This document shows, one piece after another, positions 28,179 to 37,816 of a stretch of 64,000 bases of DNA. Made by a program: the position numbers and the translations under genes. The notes under the pieces are model-generated. The model made no database searches. It was not told the origin of the DNA and saw nothing but the letters and a program-made list of their open reading frames with translations. This stretch comes from Verrucomicrobiota bacterium (lineage in GTDB: Bacteria > Verrucomicrobiota > Verrucomicrobiia > Chthoniobacterales > Chthoniobacteraceae): assembly GCA_037975615.1 (NCBI GenBank), contig JBANGE010000148.1, forward strand, positions 20,483 through 84,482, read 5' to 3'. The stretch's first letter is position 1. Each line of letters opens with the position of its first letter.

Positions 28179-28569
28179 GCGCGTGTTTTCAAAGCCCCTC
28201 CGTGCTACCTTGCGCCCACCCGCGGACAAAAGATTGAGAGTGTAATATACTCGCTGCATCCATGTTCGGAGCGGGTTCCAAACACGTCACTGGAAGAATG
28301 CGAACGTGACATCCCGTCGCCAATTGCGCGTGCCGCGTGGCGTTCATCCGAGTTCCCGTGTCATTCGCGACGAAGCGGAAACTCCAAAGCCACGTTCGAG
28401 TCACGAAAGCCCGCTCTCCAAAATCCCGACACGCTCCTCCTGCAGGAATTCTTTCGCTTTGCTCGTGCGCTTTCGGCCAACCGTAAAGCGTTGGTCTGCC
28501 ACAGGGCGCGGGATTTTCCCGTCGGGAAAGCAAAGGCTGCGCAGCGCGGGAGGTAGTCACGTTCCGGAC

Positions 28570-29499
28570 ATGAAAAAACTCATCCTCACACTCCTCGGAT
28601 TCCTCACCGTTTGCCACACGTCATTAACCGCGCAGGAGGTGGAGCGGATTGCCGATATTATTTACACGAAGCATGACGGCGTCGCGCTGACGATGGATGT
28701 CTTCAAGCCCGCAAAGCCGAATGGCGCGGGCGTCATCAAAATCATCAGCGGCGGCTGGAAGTCGAACCACAAGGGAATCAACGACGGCGGCTGGACGAAG
28801 GCGGGCTACACGACGTTTGTCGTCGTGCACGGCTCGCAGCCGCGGTTCCAGGTCGAGGAGATCGTGGCGGACTTGAATCGCGCAGTGCGCTTCATCCGGG
28901 CGAACGCAGCCAAGTATGGCGTGGACCCGATGAAACTCGGCGTGACTGGAGGCAGCGCGGGCGGGCATCTGAGTCTGATGCTCGCCACCCGCGGCGGTGC
29001 CGGCGACCCGAAGGCCGCGGACCCCGTCGATCGCGAAAGCAGCGCGGTGCAGGCGGTGGCGTGCTTTTATCCGCCGACGGATTATTTGAACTGGTTCGAG
29101 GACGGAGACAACGCCGTGGGAATCGGCAAACTCGCCGCATACGCCGGCGCATTCGGCCCGAAGTCGGCGACGCCCGAAGGCCGCGAGGCGCTGGGCCGCG
29201 AGCTGTCTCCGCTTTACTGGGTGCACAAGGAGCAGCCACCCGTTTACATCGTGCACGGCGACGCGGACCCGCAGGTCTCGCACACGCAGTCGATGCGGTT
29301 CATCAAGCGTTGCGGCGAAGTCGGCGCAAAATGCGAAGTGCTCATCCGCACCGGCGCAGGCCACGGAGGCTGGCAGGAGATGAGCGACGACAACGCGCGC
29401 ATGGCGGAATGGTTCGACCTTCAACTCCTCGGCAAGCAACCGGCAAAACCTTTCACCTACGGCACCAGCTCGCTGCCGAGCACCCCGGTGAAGCGCTAG
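28570..29499 (+). CDS. Secreted alpha/beta hydrolase (esterase/lipase-like)
   Basis: Start set at MKKLILTLLGFLTVCHTSLTA (atg 28570). Contains the nucleophile elbow GGSAGGHL and the later HGDADPQV / GAGHG. The in-frame upstream part (28306-28569) is R/S/P-rich and treated as non-coding. Confidence 0.8.
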   Translation: MKKLILTLLGFLTVCHTSLTAQEVERIADIIYTKHDGVALTMDVFKPAKPNGAGVIKIISGGWKSNHKGINDGGWTKAGYTTFVVVHGSQPRFQVEEIVADLNRAVRFIRANAAKYGVDPMKLGVTGGSAGGHLSLMLATRGGAGDPKAADPVDRESSAVQAVACFYPPTDYLNWFEDGDNAVGIGKLAAYAGAFGPKSATPEGREALGRELSPLYWVHKEQPPVYIVHGDADPQVSHTQSMRFIKRCGEVGAKCEVLIRTGAGHGGWQEMSDDNARMAEWFDLQLLGKQPAKPFTYGTSSLPSTPVKR

Positions 29500-29517
29500 T
29501 CGCCGGCCTTCTTCGCG

Positions 29518-30408
29518 CTACGGTGTCGCGATTTCCACGCGGTAGAACTTCGCGGGCGTGGTGGCATCGAGGTCGGTGATGGTTCGTTCTTCGGCGGCGT
29601 CGCTCGTGGCGGTGGTGGTGAGGTTTTCCCAAGTGCCGAGGGTCAGCGAGACGCGCGATTTGACGACGTAGCTGCGTCCGGCGAGGCGCGGGCTGAAGAC
29701 GATCCTCCGCTGCGCTGGCTGGCCGGGGACCGGCTCGATGCGGAGGCGGAATCGCGACGCCGGGTCGGTGGGGACGATGCCGGCGGTGAACTCGAAGAGG
29801 TTCGTCTGCCCGTCGCCGTCGGGGTCGAGCGTCGGCGCGGCGAGCGGGTTTTCCTCGCCGAAGAACTGCACCTGCCAGTCGTCGGCGATGCCGTCGGCAG
29901 CATAGAGGCCGAAGTCGTCGGTGTTCACGTTGAGCACCGGCAGGGTAAGTTCGGCGATGTAGGAAAGATGCGCGACGCGGAAGGTGGCGGTATCGTTTGT
30001 GAAAACGGTCGCTCCGCTTGCGAGGCCCGCGGGGCTGACGCTCGCGGGACCATCGAGCACGCTCCACACGCCGAGCGCGGGTGGGACGGCGACAAATGTG
30101 GCGTCGTCGAGCGCGAGCAACGGCTGGAGCTGACGCGTGCTGTTCTCGGCAAGCGAGAGGATGCCGGCGGTGAGTGTGAGCCCGGTGGGTTCGTAGAGTT
30201 GCCCGGTGAAACCCGCTTTTGCGACACGCGCAGCGGAGGACTTGGTGCCCGTGATTTCGCCGACGGACGCCGTGTTTGAATACAGCGCGCTGGCCGACGA
30301 AGCGCCTGCTGCGGCGAGTGTGTCGGTAGCGATGGTGTAGCTCGCGCTGGTGCGTTCCTGCGCAAATGCGGGAACGGCGAGGATGGCGAAGAGGATGCGC
30401 AGTTTCAT
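29518..30408 (-). CDS. Secreted protein with Ca-binding loop and C-terminal FYRV module (hypothetical)
   Basis: Signal peptide MKLRILFAILAVPAFA. DPDGDGQTNLFE is a 12-residue DxDxDG...E loop. The protein ends AKFYRVEIATP. It overlaps the upstream Kelch gene by 4 nt, suggesting an operon. Confidence 0.7.
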   Translation of the reverse strand: MKLRILFAILAVPAFAQERTSASYTIATDTLAAAGASSASALYSNTASVGEITGTKSSAARVAKAGFTGQLYEPTGLTLTAGILSLAENSTRQLQPLLALDDATFVAVPPALGVWSVLDGPASVSPAGLASGATVFTNDTATFRVAHLSYIAELTLPVLNVNTDDFGLYAADGIADDWQVQFFGEENPLAAPTLDPDGDGQTNLFEFTAGIVPTDPASRFRLRIEPVPGQPAQRRIVFSPRLAGRSYVVKSRVSLTLGTWENLTTTATSDAAEERTITDLDATTPAKFYRVEIATP

Positions 30409-33173
30409 GGGCGGAGGTACATGTGAAGGCGGCGGCTCGAGATGAAGCGATAGTGCAAGGAAACGGAGCCGGAGCCTTCAGGCCGACCTCCGAAGATCAT
30501 CATCTCATTGCCCGTCCAAACAGCAGGGTGGTGACTGCGGGGTGGTGGCGAAGTGATGGCTGTGATCGGGTTCCATGAATCCAACTCAGGGTTATAGCGA
30601 GCTCCGTCTGCGAAAACGGTGAACCCGGTCGCATGTCCTCCGCCCCAGACGATCATTTCAGTTCCATTCCACACCGCTGAATGGGCGTGGCGGATATCGG
30701 GGGCACCTGCTGTGTTGGTTGGCTGCCATGTATTCGTCGCCGGATTGTAGCGCCCACCGGTATTGAGTGCGACGTTGCTGTTGATTCCACCCCACACAAT
30801 CAACTCCGAATCTGTCCAGACAGCGCTGGCATTGTACCTTCCTTGTGGCGCTCCTGAGAGGGTCATTGGTGTCCAGGCATCCGTAGCTGGATTGTAACGG
30901 CCCCCATCGTTGAGATCGCTGCCACCGGCACCGCCACCGCCCCAGACGATCATTTCAGCCCCCGTCCAGATCATCGAAAACAGGTTGCGCCCGGCCGGTG
31001 CTCCCACCGTGGAAACAGGTGTCCATGTGTCGGTCGAAGGATTGTAACGCCCGCCTGCGATTGGGTAGGCGAGTGACTCAGCTCGCCCACCCCAAACGAT
31101 CATTTCGGTTCCCGTCCAGATTGCCAAATGATCGCTGCGAGCCTCTGGAGCGTTCACCAAGCTGGTGGCGGTCCATGTATCGGTTTTCGGATCGTATCGG
31201 CCTCCGGTATTTGTGCGACTGTTGTTTCCGAGTTTGCCGCCCCAAACGATGAACTCACTTCCTGTCCAGATTCCGCAGAAATCCGTGCGCCCGCTCGGGG
31301 CTCCAGCGATACTCATCGTTTTCCAGGTATTCGAGCGCATGTTGTAGCGCGCCCCGGTATTACTCGCACCTGCTACAAAACCACCCCATACGATTACCTC
31401 TTCACCTGCGACTTGCATCACGTGGTCTTGTCGCGCCGCCGGTTCCGGGTCGGACGACACGGCGCCCCACGAGTTGGTTGCCGGATTGTATCGGCCACCG
31501 GAGTTCAAATAGGTCGTCCCTTGGCTCCCACACCATACCAGCATGTCGGTTCCGGTCCAGATTGCGCTATGGAATACCCGGGCAGACGGTGCCCCTGTCG
31601 TTGGAAGTGGAGTCCACGCGTCTGTAGCAGTGTTATAGCGGAAGCCATCGCCAAGTGCGTTTGTCCCGTCGAAGCCTGCGAAAACAATCATTTCGCTTCC
31701 CGTCCATACCGCTGTGTGCAGCTCGCGCGCGGCTGTCGCGCTCAGCGAAGTCCAAGAATCCGTGGCCGGATTGTAGCGCGCACCATCACCAAGCGATGCC
31801 GTATTTCTCCCTCCGAAGATGATCATCTCCGTGCCGGTCCAGACTGCCGTGTGGCGGTAGCGGGCCGATGGCGCTCCCACACTGGAAATCGGCGACCACG
31901 TATCCGTCGCAGGATTGTAACGCCCGCCATCACCCATCGCAGCACCGTTGAAGCCACCCCACACGAGCATTTCCGTTCCCGTCCATACAGCAGTCGTCAA
32001 TTGCCGCGCCGGGGGCGCAGTGACGTTCGAAATTGGCGACCATCCATTCGTGGCGGGATTGAAGCGTGCTCCATCGCCCAGTGTTCCGCTCGCGCCGTAG
32101 CCACCCCAAACGATCATCTCATTGCCAGTCCAGACCGCTGCGTGCGCGTTACGGCCCGTCGGCGCGCCAGCGAGAGGTGTTGCGAACCACGTATTTGTGA
32201 GCGCGTTGTAGCGGGCGCCGCTCGCCACATTTCCACTGAGGGACTCGAATCCACCCCACACGATCATCTCGCCACCCGTCCAGACCGCGGAGTGATAAAA
32301 TCGCGGCGTGGGCGCATTGGTCGTGGCCATGTAGCTCCATGTATTTGAGAGCGGATTGAAGCGCCTGCCATCGCCGAAAAACACCTCACCAAGCCCACCC
32401 CAAAGAAGCATCTCATTTCCCGTCCACACCACCGTCTGCAATGCTCGCGGCGCTGGCAGCGCGACCGCGGTGCGAACGGGAATCCACTCATCCTGCGTAT
32501 TCGTCGTGCCGACGCGGACGTAGCCTGCGTTGACCAGCGCCGTGCTTTCCGAGGGCGAAAAAATCATCCCGCCGCCAGCCACCGCGCTCTGCCCTGCGGC
32601 GTTCAGATTTGCCATCACCGCGCCGCTTGCGAGTTGCGAGCCACCGACCGCTCCAAGGGCGATGTTCGCCGCGCCCACCGCACCGCTTCCGAGTTGCGCG
32701 GAGCCCACGGAGCCCGGTGCGATTTTTGCCGACGTGATCGTGCCGTCCGGGACGTTCCCTGCCACCATCGCGTAGCCCACGGTGCCGATCCGCTGATCCG
32801 GAGCGAGGTGCTGAAAGCCATTCGTCCCGTCGTTGAACCACACGCGCAGCCGGACGTCGGTGTTCGCAAAAACACTGTTCGGGATCGCCTGCATGTTCGC
32901 CAGCGTCGCGTCGCCGAGCATCACCGAGTAGAGCCCCTTCGCCACCGGGATGCTCACTGCTGCTGTCGGCTCCGCGCCGCCTGCGCCGGTGCCGTCGTTG
33001 CTCCAGAAAGTCGTCGTCCCCGCGCCATCCACGAGCGCGAACTTGAACAATCCGGCACCATCGAAGTTCACCGCCCCGACCGCGATACGGCCCTGATAAT
33101 TGATGACATGCGGGACCTGCGCGCGGAGCAGCGCGGTCATGAAGAGAATGAGGATGGCGAGATAGCGCTTCAT
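30405..33173 (-). CDS. Kelch-repeat (about 14 blades) secreted protein
   Basis: Start moved to MKRYLAILILFMTALLRA (cat 33171-33173). Fourteen ~48-aa repeats each contain (A/I)VWTGxEM(I/L)VWGG and RYNPxT(D/N)xW. Confidence 0.9.
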   Translation of the reverse strand: MKRYLAILILFMTALLRAQVPHVINYQGRIAVGAVNFDGAGLFKFALVDGAGTTTFWSNDGTGAGGAEPTAAVSIPVAKGLYSVMLGDATLANMQAIPNSVFANTDVRLRVWFNDGTNGFQHLAPDQRIGTVGYAMVAGNVPDGTITSAKIAPGSVGSAQLGSGAVGAANIALGAVGGSQLASGAVMANLNAAGQSAVAGGGMIFSPSESTALVNAGYVRVGTTNTQDEWIPVRTAVALPAPRALQTVVWTGNEMLLWGGLGEVFFGDGRRFNPLSNTWSYMATTNAPTPRFYHSAVWTGGEMIVWGGFESLSGNVASGARYNALTNTWFATPLAGAPTGRNAHAAVWTGNEMIVWGGYGASGTLGDGARFNPATNGWSPISNVTAPPARQLTTAVWTGTEMLVWGGFNGAAMGDGGRYNPATDTWSPISSVGAPSARYRHTAVWTGTEMIIFGGRNTASLGDGARYNPATDSWTSLSATAARELHTAVWTGSEMIVFAGFDGTNALGDGFRYNTATDAWTPLPTTGAPSARVFHSAIWTGTDMLVWCGSQGTTYLNSGGRYNPATNSWGAVSSDPEPAARQDHVMQVAGEEVIVWGGFVAGASNTGARYNMRSNTWKTMSIAGAPSGRTDFCGIWTGSEFIVWGGKLGNNSRTNTGGRYDPKTDTWTATSLVNAPEARSDHLAIWTGTEMIVWGGRAESLAYPIAGGRYNPSTDTWTPVSTVGAPAGRNLFSMIWTGAEMIVWGGGGAGGSDLNDGGRYNPATDAWTPMTLSGAPQGRYNASAVWTDSELIVWGGINSNVALNTGGRYNPATNTWQPTNTAGAPDIRHAHSAVWNGTEMIVWGGGHATGFTVFADGARYNPELDSWNPITAITSPPPRSHHPAVWTGNEMMIFGGRPEGSGSVSLHYRFISSRRLHMYLRP
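30477..32459 (-). repeat. Array of ~14 Kelch-motif coding repeats (~144 nt each)
   Basis: The WTG.EMIVWGG...GGRYNP.T..W periodicity is visible along the whole C-terminal two thirds of the protein. Confidence 0.8.
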
Positions 33174-33272
33174 ATTTGCAGGACATACCTCGGGATTTTC
33201 CACCGGCGATGACGGCACGTTTACGAAATATTTTTCGCCCATTGCGTCCCGAGCCTGATAATCCCATGTGGA

Positions 33273-33965
33273 ATGCCCGAACCCGACCGCCAGTTTCACA
33301 CGACCCGTTGGAGCGTGGTCCTTGCTGCCGGCGAAGAGCAACCGCAGGCACTGGAGACCCTTTGCCGCGCATACTGGAGGCCGCTTTATGCCTACGCTTG
33401 CTGGCGGGGAAACACCGCCGAGGAGGCGCGCGATCTCACGCAGGAGTTCTTCGCGAAGTTGCTGGAGAAAAAATGGCTGGACGGCGTGAAGCCCGAGGGC
33501 GGGAAGTTCCGGTCATTCTTGCTCACGGCCATGCAGCGATTTCTCATCACCGCCTACCAGCACAGCATCGCGCAAAAGCGGGGTGGCGGAGCGGTGCCCA
33601 TCGCACTCGATGAAATCCCGGAACCACCCGCGCTCGGGCAGTGCGACTCGCCGGAGGCCGCCTTCGATCGGCAGTGGGCGCGCACGCTTCTTGAGCGCGC
33701 GCACGGTCGCCTGCGCGCCGAAGCCACTTTGGCGAGAGTGCAGCACTTTGACATGTTGGAGCGGTTTCTTTCGACCGAGCCGGCCCCAGGCGAATACGAG
33801 GCCCTTTCAGCAAAACTCGGACTCGGCAGAAACGGGATCGCAGCAGCAGTCCGCCGCCTGAGACTGCGATTTCGCGACTGTGTGCGCGCGGAAATCTCGG
33901 AGACCGTCGCGACTCCCGCCGACGTGGATGAGGAAATGCGGGCCCTTATCGAGGTGCTCGCATGA
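33273..33965 (+). CDS. ECF-type RNA polymerase sigma factor (kinase-associated ECF group)
   Basis: FHTTRWSVVLAAGE...LCRAYWRPLYAYACWRG...ARDLTQEFFAKLLE (region 2-like) and a C-terminal region 4-like LSAKLGLGRNGIAAAVRRLRLRFR. Translationally coupled (ATGATGA) to the downstream Ser/Thr kinase. Confidence 0.85.
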   Translation: MPEPDRQFHTTRWSVVLAAGEEQPQALETLCRAYWRPLYAYACWRGNTAEEARDLTQEFFAKLLEKKWLDGVKPEGGKFRSFLLTAMQRFLITAYQHSIAQKRGGGAVPIALDEIPEPPALGQCDSPEAAFDRQWARTLLERAHGRLRAEATLARVQHFDMLERFLSTEPAPGEYEALSAKLGLGRNGIAAAVRRLRLRFRDCVRAEISETVATPADVDEEMRALIEVLA

Positions 33966-36751
33966 TGAACGCCTGCAGCAAATGCGGAAACGAACTGCTC
34001 GCGACCGGGCTGTGCCCCTCATGCAGCCTACGCCTTTCGCTGAGTCCCGACGACGCGTTGCCGGACGATGGCCGCGCGATGGGAAACTACGAGCTTTTCG
34101 AGGAAATCGGGCGCGGCGGGATGGGCGTTGTTTACCGTGCGAGGCAGGCCGGTCTGAATCGCGATGTCGCGCTCAAGATGCTAATCGCCGGCGAATTTGC
34201 GTCCGAGGAATTCCGCCGAAGATTCCGCCGCGAAGCTGAAGTCGCGGCACGCTTGCGACACCCGGGGATCGTGGCGATTTACGAAATCGGCGAGGAGGAT
34301 GGGCAGTTGTTTTACACGATGGAGCTGGTCAGCGGGCGGAATCTCGGCGAGCTCACCCGGGGCATCCCGCTTGGGGCGCGGGATGCCGCATCTCTCGTGA
34401 GCCGCGTTGCCGATGCGGTGGCGCATGCACACTCGAAGGGTGTTCTGCATCGCGATTTAAAGCCCGCAAACATACTTCTCGATTCCTTCGGCCAGCCGCG
34501 GGTGGCTGATTTTGGTCTCGCGAGAGCCGAGCATTCACCGGCGGATACGCGCTCCGCGCATATTCTCGGCTCGCCTCCGTATCTTTCGCCCGAACTGGCA
34601 TCGGGCGCGGCAGCGACGGTGGCGAGTGATGTCTACGCGATCGGTGCGGTGCTGTATCAACTACTGACCGGACGCGCTCCATTCCACGGCGAGAATGTTG
34701 CGCAGATTCTCGCCCAAGTCCGGGATGGACAGATCATCCGACCGCGGCAATTGAACCCCGCGATTCCGCGCGATTTGGAGACCATCTGCTTGAAGTGCCT
34801 CTCTCTCGAACCGGGACACCGTTATCCTGATGTCGCCTCCATCGAAGCGGATCTCACCCGTTTTCTCGCAGACGAGCCAATCCTCGCAAAACCTCCCGGA
34901 GCGGCCGGTCGCATGCTTCGCTGGTGCCGACGCAAGCCCGCTGTAGCCGCTCTCCTTTCCCTTGTAGCGGCGCTCATCATCGCGCTTGTGTACGGCTCGC
35001 TGGCATTCGGCCGTCATAAGGCAGCGCTGGAGCACCGTACTTCGCTTCTCGCCGAGTCACGCAACATCCGCGAAAGCGGCGTCTCGGGAGCACAATCGAG
35101 AGCTCTCAGCGCCCTCGGCGAAGCATGGCGCATCCGCGCCGGTGCCGACATCATCACCGAGGCCGTTGCCAGCCTTTCATTGCCCGAAGGCCGGTTGCTT
35201 CGGAACGCGCAGATGGAGCCTGTAGAGCGCAATGTGAGCGCCGACGGAAAAGTGCGAATCACTTACGCAGATGGCGCGCTGTCGCTTCACGATGGGGACA
35301 GGGAGACATGCAGATTCGAAGGATTTCCCAAGCGTCCTGCCGCCGCGCTTGGTGACACCGGAAAACGCATCGCCATCGTCCGCGGCAAGGAATTGACCAT
35401 CCACGACGTGCCTTCAAAAAAGGTGCTTTATTCACTGGCCGTTGCATCTCGGCTCAAGTGCGTGGATTGGTCCGGACATCTCGTCGCTGCGGGCGGTAGC
35501 GACGACCGTCTGATTTACATTTGGAATGCCGACACAGGCGAAAGGCTGCACCGGCTCAGCGGCCACGACGGCGAAGTCGAAGGCATCGCCTTCCGCAAGG
35601 ATGGACAGGAACTTGCGAGCATCGCGCAGGATGGAGCGGTTCGCATCTGGCACGCGGCGCTGGGCGTGGAATTGCTGCGAATCGAGACGGAGTTCAACCG
35701 CAAGGGACCGCTCACATGGAACGCGGACGGCACCGAGCTTTACGCACCACGATTGAACGGAGGAGCCACGGATGTCTTTGGGATTCGCTGGCCACGAGCG
35801 GTCCGATTCCTTGCGCCGGGGGCGGATGAGCCGCGCTCGGAGAACCTCCTTTGCAGCATTTCGTTCTCCAATGACGGCCACATGATCTCGTCGATGGACG
35901 AACGAACATGCCGCGTGTGGTCGCTCCGTCATGGCCGTGTGCTTTCAGCATTTCCAAAAACAGGCGACGAGTGGATGACTGCGCGCTTTTCCGGTGAGGC
36001 TTCACTTTGGATGAGCGGATGGAATCGAGCGCTTCGCCACGCAGCAGTCACGCCCGACGTGAACGGGTGGAATCGCTTTTCGCCGCAACCTCAGGGAACA
36101 TTTAACTCCGGCCCGCTGCTGGTCGCCGGGAGTCGCGATGGCAAATGGCTGGCACTCACAGCAGACGCGCCGCAACTCGGAAATGATCGCGTGGAGATCG
36201 TGAGCGTGCCCTCCATGAAAACGATGCGCCTTGCACAGCCGTCGCCGTACTCGGCTGCGCTCAGCACCGATGGCCGCTGGCTTGCCACGGGGAGCTACTC
36301 GGAGAACGGAGTTAAAATCTGGGCACTTCCGTCCGGCGAACTCCACCGCACGATTCCATATCCGGGCCTCGCGTTAAGCCTCAGTTTCAGCGGCGACAGC
36401 ACCGGTCTGTGGGTGGGTGGAGGGCAGGGACTCCAGCGCTTTTCCACCGCGGACTGGACACTTACCCCAGGAAGACCGGCCGGTGTGGGACTCGATTCAG
36501 TCGCGATTAGTCCGACCGAGGATTATGTTGCCTCGATCACGCGGAATGAGGTCCTGCTTCATCGTTGCGCCGACCTCACCGAAGTCGCACGCCTACCGGT
36601 TCCCGGCTGGGCTGGACGCATCGGCTCCGGCACGCTCGCCTTCTCAAATGACGGGCGCCAACTCGCTCTCCACGCAGCGCTGGGAGCTGTGATCGTTTGG
36701 GATATCCCGGCACTCCGAAAGGAACTCGCCGCGCTAGGGATGTCGTGGTAA
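33962..36751 (+). CDS. Ser/Thr protein kinase with N-terminal zinc ribbon, one TM segment and C-terminal WD40 beta-propeller
   Basis: CSKCGNE...CPSC zinc ribbon. Hanks kinase motifs GRGGMGVVYRA, VALK, HRDLKPANILL, DFGLAR and SPPYLSPE. TM segment AVAALLSLVAALIIALVYG. WD40 repeats (SGHDGEVEGIAFRKDGQELASIAQDGAVRIW and others). Confidence 0.9.
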   Translation: MMNACSKCGNELLATGLCPSCSLRLSLSPDDALPDDGRAMGNYELFEEIGRGGMGVVYRARQAGLNRDVALKMLIAGEFASEEFRRRFRREAEVAARLRHPGIVAIYEIGEEDGQLFYTMELVSGRNLGELTRGIPLGARDAASLVSRVADAVAHAHSKGVLHRDLKPANILLDSFGQPRVADFGLARAEHSPADTRSAHILGSPPYLSPELASGAAATVASDVYAIGAVLYQLLTGRAPFHGENVAQILAQVRDGQIIRPRQLNPAIPRDLETICLKCLSLEPGHRYPDVASIEADLTRFLADEPILAKPPGAAGRMLRWCRRKPAVAALLSLVAALIIALVYGSLAFGRHKAALEHRTSLLAESRNIRESGVSGAQSRALSALGEAWRIRAGADIITEAVASLSLPEGRLLRNAQMEPVERNVSADGKVRITYADGALSLHDGDRETCRFEGFPKRPAAALGDTGKRIAIVRGKELTIHDVPSKKVLYSLAVASRLKCVDWSGHLVAAGGSDDRLIYIWNADTGERLHRLSGHDGEVEGIAFRKDGQELASIAQDGAVRIWHAALGVELLRIETEFNRKGPLTWNADGTELYAPRLNGGATDVFGIRWPRAVRFLAPGADEPRSENLLCSISFSNDGHMISSMDERTCRVWSLRHGRVLSAFPKTGDEWMTARFSGEASLWMSGWNRALRHAAVTPDVNGWNRFSPQPQGTFNSGPLLVAGSRDGKWLALTADAPQLGNDRVEIVSVPSMKTMRLAQPSPYSAALSTDGRWLATGSYSENGVKIWALPSGELHRTIPYPGLALSLSFSGDSTGLWVGGGQGLQRFSTADWTLTPGRPAGVGLDSVAISPTEDYVASITRNEVLLHRCADLTEVARLPVPGWAGRIGSGTLAFSNDGRQLALHAALGAVIVWDIPALRKELAALGMSW

Positions 36752-36833
36752 TCGGAACGCTCATGGCCCTTCCCTTCCCATTAAAACTCGAAAAGCAAAT
36801 GTCTGGCGAAACCCGACAACGCGACGATCACCA

Positions 36834-37265
36834 ATGAAACATCAGAACATTCGAGACACACTAGTCACCATTGCAAAAGTGCCATTTCACTTCGTCGAAG
36901 CGTCGCCTGCCTTTCGCTCGTGGCTGCGAGACCTTCAGTGCGACACTGAGGTTGAGGAGATGCTGTGTGCCTGTCTGGTGGATACTTGTGAGATCATCGG
37001 GGAGTTATTTGAAATGAACGAATCCGCGATCATGGAGCGAACCAGTAGGGTCTGCGGATTCGGTGTTTCGGGATTTATCGCGATAGGCACTATTCCAAAT
37101 GGCGACATTATCCTGCTATCGAGTCGCGATGGCAGCATGCATGCCCTCGAACACGAATTGCTGCCCGACGAGGCGAACATGCATAAAATTTTCGACTGCT
37201 TTCTGGATGTCCTGAATGCGACGATTGTTTACCTAGCCAAGCACGATGAGAATCAAGAGGAGTGA
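36834..37265 (+). CDS. Hypothetical protein in lower-GC islet (weak resemblance to SUKH/SMI1-KNR4-type immunity-fold proteins)
   Basis: 143-aa acidic protein. The segment GFIAIGTIPNGDIILLSSRDGSMHALEHE resembles the SUKH pattern 'fa.dg.Gd.l.ld...g.vy...he'. Codons are visibly more A/T-rich at third positions than in neighbouring genes. Confidence 0.5.
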   Translation: MKHQNIRDTLVTIAKVPFHFVEASPAFRSWLRDLQCDTEVEEMLCACLVDTCEIIGELFEMNESAIMERTSRVCGFGVSGFIAIGTIPNGDIILLSSRDGSMHALEHELLPDEANMHKIFDCFLDVLNATIVYLAKHDENQEE

Positions 37266-37816
37266 TGAAGCAACAATCCACAACGGTCCGTCGGTTGCTA
37301 ATCACTGCGTTGGGAGTCGGCATCATCGCGGGTGTCAGCTTTGAGCGGTGGCAAACACAGTCTGATCCCACCGGGCCGTTCCCTTTTAATCCTTCGCAGC
37401 CATACACCCTCGTACTCGGACGCGGTAACGGGGTGGATGGATTTAATACCGTCGCAATTTACCCGGATGGTCGAGTTGTCATCAACCAGAAGGCGACGCA
37501 GACAAGTTGGGAGCGAGCCACGGTGCGTCTCTCGCCGGAGGAGGTGAGACTTGTCGCCGAATCCGTGGTGCGAAACCAACTTCCAAGTCTTAAAGCGGAG
37601 TATCATCGCGACGATGTTTTCGACGGGAAGCAATGGGAGATGATTATCCGGCAGTCAGGACGCGTGAAGGAAACATACTTTAACAACAACTTCCCCGCTG
37701 CCATCGTCAATTTCTCGCGCGAACTCGACACCATCATCCAAAACGCCAGCCGCAATAAACTGGACTGGCTGCCATCCAGCAGAATCCACGCGCCATTGTG
37801 GACGATATTCGATTGA
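37262..37816 (+). CDS. Hypothetical membrane-anchored protein in lower-GC islet
   Basis: ATGA overlap with the previous ORF. N-terminal TM segment RRLLITALGVGIIAGVSF. 184 aa. I recognise no family. Confidence 0.5.
   Translation: MMKQQSTTVRRLLITALGVGIIAGVSFERWQTQSDPTGPFPFNPSQPYTLVLGRGNGVDGFNTVAIYPDGRVVINQKATQTSWERATVRLSPEEVRLVAESVVRNQLPSLKAEYHRDDVFDGKQWEMIIRQSGRVKETYFNNNFPAAIVNFSRELDTIIQNASRNKLDWLPSSRIHAPLWTIFD

Noticed and set aside
28306-28569. Upstream in-frame extension of the esterase ORF. Similar N-terminal extensions occur at 6423..6476, 8158..8238, 15032..15118, 22095..22400, 28179..28259, 33174..33341, 40728..40859, 43991..44071, 49820..49903 and 62094..62219.
   Set aside because: In each case an internal Met (or Met-Lys-Lys) begins a clear signal peptide or a conserved family N-terminus, and the upstream segment is R/P/G-rich and non-protein-like. 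The shorter starts were used.
30477-32459. Kelch coding repeats as a variable or DGR-like target
   Set aside because: There is no reverse transcriptase or template repeat in the window. The repeats differ throughout rather than at adenine-specific positions, which is ordinary propeller-blade divergence.
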